64,000 bases of DNA from Octopus vulgaris. Its lineage: Eukaryota. The translations under genes were made by a program, and so were the position numbers. Positions 54,842-64,000 of the stretch are shown here, piece by piece. The stretch is from contig OX597814.1 of assembly GCA_951406725.2 (NCBI GenBank), positions 156,178,001 through 156,242,000 of the forward strand. The letters run 5' to 3'. The notes below the pieces were generated by a model. It saw nothing but the letters and a program-made list of their open reading frames with translations, was not told where the DNA came from and ran no database searches. The stretch's first letter is position 1. Each line of letters begins with the position of its first letter.

Positions 54842-55848
54842 TACACATACACACACATGCACGTATACGTACATACACTCATGTGGATATACACATCCAT
54901 TAACACCCAGACACACGCACACACACATTACCTGTAATATATTAAACGCATATATTAGAGAGCTCAATACATGTAAATATTTTATTTTAATTTCTTTCTT
55001 GTAAAACGCGTATATACGTGTGCGCGGGTGCGGGTGTGTGTGTGTGTGTGCATGTGTGCATGTATGTGTGTGTGTGTGCGTGCGTGAAAAGCATCCATTT
55101 GAATTAATTTGTTTGGTGAACGATTGCGGTTATTACGGCCGCATCAACCTCTCTTCCAAAATGTTTGTCGTCAGCTACAGTGGAATGCCGGGGATCCAGA
55201 CAACTGGCATTCGCTTGAATATGCACCTGTTAAACAGGATGTGCATTCATTTGCTATCATTTTGAAAACCTTCCTCGAAAATTGTAGGAAGTTACAAAAA
55301 TTTTCGACAATCATCTCTCGAGAGATATAGATTAGCACCAAGATTGTACAAGATTAAACCTATGACAAACGGTTACGTGAAAGCGGTGTTTTTCGGGATC
55401 AATATAAAATAAAATAAAATAAAATTATATCTTTATACATATATATATATAGTACTGAAAATGAGGTAGAAAACTTACTGTCCGTATCACTCAAATGAAG
55501 GCAGAATATGTGTCCAATACTGCCCACCGTTGTTTTCAAACAATTAGTCTGTCTTTTCCCTAATGCCAAGTCACTTTTAGAGCACTATTGATTCTGAAGT
55601 GTGTATTCCCTTCTCTCTCGATTTTTTCTATTGTGTATAGGCGAAGATCATTTCAATAAAACCACAATATATCTTAGAAACTTTATTTACTATCCTATTT
55701 TTCGTCTCTGTCGTTCGAATGCATGCTAAAGACAGCTGCAAGTCATTGATCTTAACTCATTCCGTTGTGTTTTCCCGTAACTCTCTCTCTCTCCGTGTCT
55801 CTCTCCTTCTTCTCCATATCTTTTCTCCCCATCTCTCTCTCTATATAT

Positions 55849-55895
<47 letters not shown>

Positions 55896-56152
55896 AAGAA
55901 GACAAAATGGAGGCATATATATATAGAAAGAAGAGAGAGAGAAATAGATAGATAGATAGATAAGCTCAGCTACACAGCGTTTCGAAGAGAAGAGGCCCAG
56001 GTCTTGACTACATTAATGCATACACACACTCACACTCACACGTAGTGATATATATATATGGGATATACACACACACACACACACATACACACACACATAT
56101 ATATATATATAATATACAAATGTATATATACATGTATATATATATATATATA

Positions 56153-56378
56153 GGCGAGCTGACAGAGACGTTAGCGCATCGCGCGAAATGCTTAGCGCTA
56201 TTTCGTCTGCAGTTACGTTCTGAGTTCAAATTCCGCCGAGGTCGACTTTGCCTTTCATCCTTTCGGGGTCTATAAATTAAGTACCAGTTATGCACTGGGG
56301 TCGATGTAATCGACTTAATCCGTTTGTCTGTCTTTGTTTGCGCCCTCTATGCTTATTCCCATGTGGGCAATATAAAAG
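56153..56378 (+). mobile_element. SINE family A, complete monomer
   Basis: Head, B box 'gagttcaaattcc', core and the 'tgtgggcaat' tail are all present. Confidence 0.92.
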
Positions 56379-56387
56379 TATATATAT

Positions 56388-56780
56388 AGCAGTGGCTGTG
56401 TGGTAAGTAGCTTCCTTAAGAACCATGTGGTTCCGGGTTCAGTCCCACTGCGTGGCACCTTGGGCAAGTGTCTTCTCCTATAGCCTTGTGAGTCGATTTC
56501 GTAGGCGAAAACTGAAAGAAGCCCTTCGTATATATGTACGCGTGTGTGTATATGTTTGTGTGTCTGTGTTTGTCCCCCAACATCGCTTGACAATCGCTTG
56601 ACGATGGTGGTGTGTTTACGTCCTTGTAACTTAGCTATTCGGCAAAAGAGACCTTTAGAATAAGCACTACGCTTACAAAGAATAAGTTCTGGGGTCGATT
56701 TGCTTGACTAAAGGCGGTGATCCAGCATGGGCCACAGTCAAATGACTGAAACAAATAAAAGAGAGTAAAAGAGTAAAGAG
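56388..56780 (+). mobile_element. SINE family B, near full length
   Basis: Colinear with the 38385 and 49716 copies; (GAGTAAAA)n tail. Confidence 0.92.
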
Positions 56781-56788
56781 TATATACG

Positions 56789-56827
<39 letters not shown>

Positions 56828-57605
56828 AATTATCATACAACACGCACACAAATATATACTCATATATCATACAAGAATACACGAATACAGCCACACACAC
56901 ATTCATTCACCGATACTCACACACACACACATATAGGGTTTCTATTTTGTTAATATGTTTGTGTATTTTGCTGGAGATTTGATAATGATAAAATGATAAT
57001 TGTATTACATATTTGCCTCTGGGTTTCAACCCGACATTTCCTAGTGTCGATATCTGATGCTTTATATATCACTATAATACTATAAACGACTAGTTATTGG
57101 TTTGTTTTCTTCTGTATTCTGCCAATATTAATCTTCTCTATGTGCACGTTTATATATGTGTGTGTGTATATGTATTTATTTCTGTTTGTGTGTGTGTTTG
57201 TGTGTGTGTATGTGTGTGCATGTGTGTGCTTGTGTGAGGTGTGTGTATTTAAAACGTGCGCATAAATATATGATCGTCTGTTGGAAAATTGGCGCCTGTA
57301 CGCTGTGATATGAAACATAATATCTCTGTATCATTTATATGCTGTTTAGTATAAACTCTACACCACTGCACGATTCTTGGTGCGAAGGTTGCATCTTTAA
57401 AAGAGAGATTCTTATGAGAAATATTAATAAATATGTGCATACATATAAGTATGAAGTTACGTAGAGTAGAGAGAGAGGGGGAAAAGAGAGAGAGGGGGGA
57501 AAGAGAGAGAGAGAATGCAAGTATAGGATAAGTTGTAATCATTATGTATGCCTTTATTGATTTATTATACGTGATGCTATCGACATACTTATTTGTTGGC
57601 TGCTG

Positions 57606-57698
<93 letters not shown>

Positions 57699-57716
57699 TA
57701 GATATATATATATATT

Positions 57717-57860
<144 letters not shown>

Positions 57861-58187
57861 CAGAGAGAGAGAAGTGGTAGATAGATAGATCGATAAATAG
57901 AGTGATAATTAGGTAGAAAGATAGATATATGCACATACACATTGATTTTATTTATATATATATATCTTACCATAGGAAGCAAATTTTGTTCATGTTTTTT
58001 ACAAAGAACGATATGTTATTTTTTTTCTTTTGCTTTTTGCAATGTTGCAGGTCATTGCTGACTTCCTTTCAAAGTATGTGCTTACATATAATGGCTATTC
58101 TCTAACAATGATATAAGTTTGTTTAAGATAACTAATAACGAGTTCAAAATATTTCGGCCATTCTACATGAATAATTTACTCATATAT

Positions 58188-58246
<59 letters not shown>

Positions 58247-58986
58247 AGCATACACATGAATGTATACATACATTCATACAAGCAGCAGTTAACACCTTGT
58301 TATTCTTATATTAGGTGAGCTAATGGTATATTTGATGATGTGTGCGGAGCTTTGCCAAGATGGAATTAACTAATTAATTGGCTATCAACAACTATTCACT
58401 GTTCGTAGCTAACGACGCATGAAAACGCAGAAAAACGTCCGTTCTATAGTTCAATGACGTAATTCATATCCTAATTGTGTGATTTTCACACATATTGTCT
58501 ATAAGGAGAAATTTTCTTTCGAGAAAATTTCCGCATCCGAATGTATACGAACATGTTAAATAATACGCATACACCTATATTTTATTCAGTATCCCTTAGT
58601 GTGTTTTTAATTGATTCTAGGTTGACAAACATTTACCTACATTGGCATTCTATGCTTTTCGCATGCAACCCGGCGGGGCTCGCTCTGAGCACTGTAATTT
58701 TTTCACAGTGAACGTACCGGCCGTTCTAATTTAATGTTCTAATACAAGAATTACAGTATCTTATTTCCTATCAAAAAATGACTCGGTATCAGCACTAGAC
58801 GACGCGCAACAACGCAGAAATATATACATTCTACGATCAGATGAATTTCTTCGTAGCACATGAGTGTATTTTTCTCGCATATATTGTCTATAAAAAGAAT
58901 GTTTACCTTGAAACAATCTCTGCAGTACGTGCTTTCCCTTATTCAAGAGAAATTGAATAAGTCAAATATGAATGTGCACGTGTGTG

Positions 58987-59042
<56 letters not shown>

Positions 59043-60644
59043 TGTGTGTGCGTGTGTGTGTGTGTGTGTGTGTATGTGTGTGTGTGTATGAAAGAAAGAG
59101 TGAATTGCATTAAAACAAATTTATAGGTTGAGAATGGCTACGAAGATATAAAAGAATACATGTACCATATTACAATATAATATAAGATGGTATACAAGCT
59201 TTAGACATTTAAAAACCAAATCAACCTAGCATTTAGCTAACTGAACAGACAGATATCGGCTATTCTTCGAAAATATCGGATATTATGCAAAATATAATAA
59301 CCCACGATGAAAACAAGATAATGACGAAGTTGCCAATACACCCATACATCTCCTATCGACACCAGTTCAATATAGTTATAAAAACAAAATAAGTACATAT
59401 GAGGATAAAATATGAAACAAAAAAGCACAAACGAATGAACTTTTATTAACAGACGGACGCTTGCCATTCTGCAGATGATGGTACTCGCACATTCATGCGC
59501 ACACCCATTTATCTGTCATCACCATAAATTCAATTTCAGTGCATTTGGCAGACCAATAACTAATAAAATTAAATGGGGAAAAAACAGATAAGCAAAATCA
59601 CATACAGAAATACTTAGAGATATGCAGAAACACAATGTAGTTTCACTACCAGAAACGTCTGCGCAGGCACGAAACACACAAAATAAACACATGCTCATAT
59701 ACATACTTGTACGTTTACACACAAAAAAAAAACACCGCTATTACAAGCACAAATATTTAATGACAAAATACCAAGAAAACAGTCTGTGAAACCCATTGGG
59801 GAAACTACAGACGATTAGTGAAAGATTATACAAAAATCTATCAATTAATAACAAAGTGAACATCAATCGGTGTTTATGCTTTATTGACTGAATGTTCCTC
59901 CTCCCAAAACACTATTTCTTCGTCTCTCTTTGTGTGTGTACATATATATATGAAATCATATATTCATATACTTATATACGTGTATACATACACGCACATA
60001 TGTATGCATACATATTAATACGTACGTCTACGCAGAAGAAATGAAATTGAGGCTTCTTTGATATGTTGTATTAACATTTTCTCAACCGGTTTCACAACTT
60101 CAGTGTAGTCATGGCGTTTTTTTCAAATCAAATTATGATATAGGTATTTACCTTTATATCAAGTTACATGACTAAAGAAAAGAGGGGTAAAATGTTGCAA
60201 AACAAATATTAGTTGCCATAGAAGAGATGTTGTCTAACGTATGCATTGGTTTAATCGTTTTGTTTTTGTTGTTGTTTTTTGTTGTTTTGTTTTTGTTTTT
60301 TTCTTTGTTTGTTTGTTTTTGTAGACTTTATATTTGCTAAGTTGATAGCTGCTATGTTTGCTAACTAAATACATGAAAAAATTAATAAATAGATAAATAA
60401 ATAAATGAATACAAAGCTGAAAATGCACATGAATTCCTTTATCCTTCTATCTTTTTTTTCTGTTTTATCGTGCTGCATAACCAAAATAATAGTCACAATC
60501 AATATTGGCGCAGTTTATATTAATAAATATATTGTTAACCGACAAAATTGTATACCGTAAAACAGCTTATCAAATCCTTTGCATTCCTGACTTTTATCAT
60601 AATCCATAAACGTACAACTGGATATTATAACACTGGATATTATA

Positions 60645-61860
60645 ACAGATTGAGTAAAAGGTAAGCAACGTTTTGAACCATGAAGAATTTGTACCGAATT
60701 TTTGCAGAGTTTTGAAATTTTTTAAACATTTTTTTGCAGTTGTCTAATAGTACAGATATATAATAAATTAACATTGATATTTTTCACCATTGTTACAATC
60801 ATCTAAAATGGAAATGTCGAAGCGGAATATTCGAGCAATTTTGTTATTCAACTTCAAAAAAGGACGTAATGCTGTTGAAACTGCTCGCAATATCAACGAA
60901 ACGTCTGGTGAGGAAATGGCCACTGAGTGGTCAGCTCGAAAATGGTTTAAACAATTTTGCAGTGGAGTCCTGAGCCTTGAAGATCGTGAACGTAGTGGAC
61001 GCCCATCTGTCATCGATGACGTCATTGAGAAAGATCCGCTTAAAACCACTTGAGAACTGACAAAAAAGAAATTAAATTTAGGCAGAAAACTGCCTGCAAC
61101 CATTTGCATGCGATCAGAAAATTAAAATCATTTGAATGTAAATCAGAAAATGCGCAGATATGGAATTTGCATGTCGCTTCTTCTACGTAACCAGGCCGAT
61201 CCATTTCTCGACTGTACTGTAACTTGCAATGGAAAGCGGATTCTGTACAATAATAAAAAAAAGTTCTTTGCAGTGTTTGGACCAAAATGAAGCATCGAAA
61301 ACCTTCCCTAAACTCGAGCTCTTCAAAAAAGAAGTTTATGGTGAATGTCTGGTGGTTTACTGCTGGACTCATCCACTATAACTTCTTAAGACTCGTAAAA
61401 TTATTACTGCAGAAACATATTGCCATAAAATTGCCAAAATAAATGAAAAACTGCTACTTCTCTGTCCCAGACTTGTCAACAGAAGAGGATCAATCATCTT
61501 TCATGACAATGCTCAACTACATGTTTCACTAATAATGCTCCAGAAGTTGAGGGAACTTGGCTACGAAGTTCTTCCCCACCCAGCTATTTCCCAGTCCTTT
61601 CTCCTACCGACTACCACATTTTCAAGCACCATGATGGTTTCCTGCGAGAGGAGTTACCGATGTTGAAAGCGTGTTCAAAGGGTTCACCAGCTCCAGAACT
61701 CCAGATTTTTATGTTACCGGAATAAACCAATTTGTAACTCATTGACAAAAATGTGTTGATCGTAATGGTACTTATTTGATGAATAAGATTTCCGCAGTGT
61801 TGAAATATATTGCGATGAATTTCAGGTTTCAAAACGTTGCTTACTTTTTACTCAGCCTGA
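60645..61860 (+). mobile_element. mariner (Hsmar1/SETMAR-like transposase), full length, pseudogenised
   Basis: TA-flanked TIRs 'cagattgagtaaaaggtaagcaacgttttgaa' / 'ttcaaaacgttgcttactttttactcagcctg'. Peptides MEMSKRNIRAILLFNFKKGRNAVETARNIN...RSGRPS, HDNA and LSPTDYHIFKH; stops and frameshifts. Confidence 0.95.
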
Positions 61861-62094
61861 TACATAAATGACCTTAGATTTGGGATGAGATGGGAATTTT
61901 TTTATGTAAATAAAGTAAAATGACCTAATTTGGAACATTCCAAAAGTGCAGAGTAAAAGCAAATTGAATGCTTTAGAATGAGTAGAAACTATAGCCGATT
62001 TCGCAATAATTTAGTTGTTACTGTTCGCTACATTAGATCGAGCTAAACTATTTTCTTGTTTAAGGAGTATAAAAGATTGCATTAAATAATATAT

Positions 62095-62237
62095 CGCTGT
62101 TTCTCTGGAGACTGTTAGAATGATGTGGACACCTCTGATAAGAACCCAATAAGGCCCGAATATTGATTAAGTTTATTCATGTTTTTCAGTCTGCAGAGAA
62201 ATGGCTAAAATTTGCCCTGTTTAGATTTATACCATAC
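62095..62237 (+). mobile_element. Repeat family G, second copy, with degenerate hammerhead motif
   Basis: Matches 50720-50875 inverted; contains cct CTGATAA gaacc caataa ggccc GAAT attgatt aag. Confidence 0.8.
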
Positions 62238-62340
62238 GTTATACACACATGCGCGCACACACACACATACACACACACGCACACACACACACATACACAT
62301 ATACATATATATATGTGTGTGTGTGTAATTCTAAACAGGG

Positions 62341-62377
<37 letters not shown>

Positions 62378-62399
62378 CGAATTATTATTCCAAGTAGTA

Positions 62400-62800
62400 A
62401 GTACATGCACTCTATTTGCTGACCACGTCTAACTTAATAGCATCAAGTAGTGTAATCTTCTAGCTCATATTTTAGGATACATTTCACTTAAATAGGGAGT
62501 TGTTATTCACCTAGATATACCCAATTTTTGCTGGTTTGTCTGATACGTTTTGGAGGAATTTGTTCAGATACCGTTTAAATATTATAAGGTCTTTTTCCTC
62601 TTTGATTTCTCTCAGGATAATATTGAATATATCAGGATAAATTGACGATAAAACACCCGTATCGCAATGGCTCTGGGACAAGTCTTTGAGTGAATTGTGA
62701 ACATGGTGCCGGCATCCTGTGGACGATGTACAAATAATATACTGAGTAAAACTGACATTGTACAGATAATATACAGAGTGAATCTTTTACATCGTTAGAT
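62400..62800 (-). mobile_element. CR1/L2-group LINE 3' relic
   Basis: Minus strand 'PDIFNIILREIKEEKDLIIFKRYLNKFLQNVSDKPAKIGY'; shares 3' UTR sequence 'gtctaacttaatagca' with ~31620. Confidence 0.75.
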
Positions 62801-63192
62801 CATTTCGTCATATGAAAATACATGTTAAAGAAAATATGCATACAAAGGATTTCGTATAAAATGTATCTGGAAAGAAGTCATAACCTGGGTTTTACAGTCA
62901 TCGACAAAGCCAAATAATATTCGAAATTTGAGGATTAAGCATGTTATCGTTCTTAATATATAACACCTTATACAGACAACAACAAAGAGTTGTGCGATGC
63001 AAATTTGCTAATGTAATAACAATCTGCTCACGTTGAATGCCATGATGCCAACGTCTGTGCACATTAGAATTAAGCTAATTCTTTTTTTTTTCTTTACATA
63101 GGTTTTAAAATTCTTTACAAAGGTTTAAAAATTGATGTATTGGTTTTGAATTTACTTTCTTATCTCGAGCTTTCATAGTGTGTATACATACT

Positions 63193-63254
<62 letters not shown>

Positions 63255-64000
63255 CAAATGCACACACACATACACACACACACACACACACGCACACACA
63301 CATACATACATACATACATACATACATACATACATACATACATACATACATACACACACACATATCATCCTTAACTTGTTAGAGTGATTGCAACTCTGAT
63401 ACTAGTCGACAACGTGATAGCAAATGCCTTTTGTTTGTTGTTATGACGTTAGCTAATATCCTGATTTATTTATCTTGCTCTGAGTAACATGATTGTGTAT
63501 GATAAACCGCTTAAATATAGAGGAGACTTTTTGAAACATTAAAATTAGAAATTTATTTTAAGACGAATCTTTTCGTTCCGAAGAAAATATAACTATATCG
63601 AGGAGAGTTCACTAAAAATATTCCATTTGAAAATGAGATTGAATGCGAAAACCAGGTCAATTTAATTTCAATATCAGTCAGACATTTTCACTTCTTTGTC
63701 AATAATTTCTTTCTTTTTTTTATTTTTTTACAGGCATACGTAGAGTGGTTGAAAAGATTACTTTCATTACATTTCATCTTATTTACAAAGAGAATTTCAC
63801 CAGTTTCTAATTAGCTACACAAAAACCTTTACTCTGTTTTTATTTTATTTTTTTATCATGCTGTAACAAGAAAGTAACCACCTTCTAGTTTCCCTGAACT
63901 CTCTTTTTTTTTTAACCTCCTAAATAATCTTAGACTTAACATGGTACGAAACAGTAACAGTGATCTTCGCAGTTTTATAAATGGTGCTAATTATAAATAC

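Noticed and set aside
59440-59550. Enhancer-like cluster (TGACAG, TTTATGG motifs)
   Set aside because: Short motifs are expected by chance; no conservation data are available.
60790-61053. SETMAR gene
   Set aside because: Only the mariner transposase part is present, within TIRs and disrupted; there is no SET domain.

Overview
AT-rich, microsatellite-saturated eukaryotic DNA. The SINE, LINE and microsatellite content suggests an octopus (coleoid cephalopod) genome; this is inferred from recalled repeat families, not from a search. Almost all listed ORFs are artefacts of (TA)n/(CA)n/trinucleotide repeats or decayed transposons. One convincing protein-coding exon is visible (37369-37595, + strand, canonical splice sites, absent from the ORF track, possibly a synaptotagmin-type linker), so the window is probably mostly intron of one large + strand gene. 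The rest is mobile-element debris: two R4/Dong-type LINE pieces tied to (TAA)n, RTE and CR1-like LINE relics, four mariner relics, two non-autonomous Helitrons, two copies of a MITE with an 8-bp TSD and internal telomeric repeats, and at least four tRNA-derived SINE families. The most notable observations are minimal hammerhead-ribozyme motifs in short TA-embedded (Penelope/retrozyme-like) elements, inverted repeat pairs bracketing the exon, a three-hairpin island, modular SINEs and candidate microexon/recursive splice sites. No clearly new biological system can be established from the sequence alone. Boundaries of degenerate repeats are approximate.
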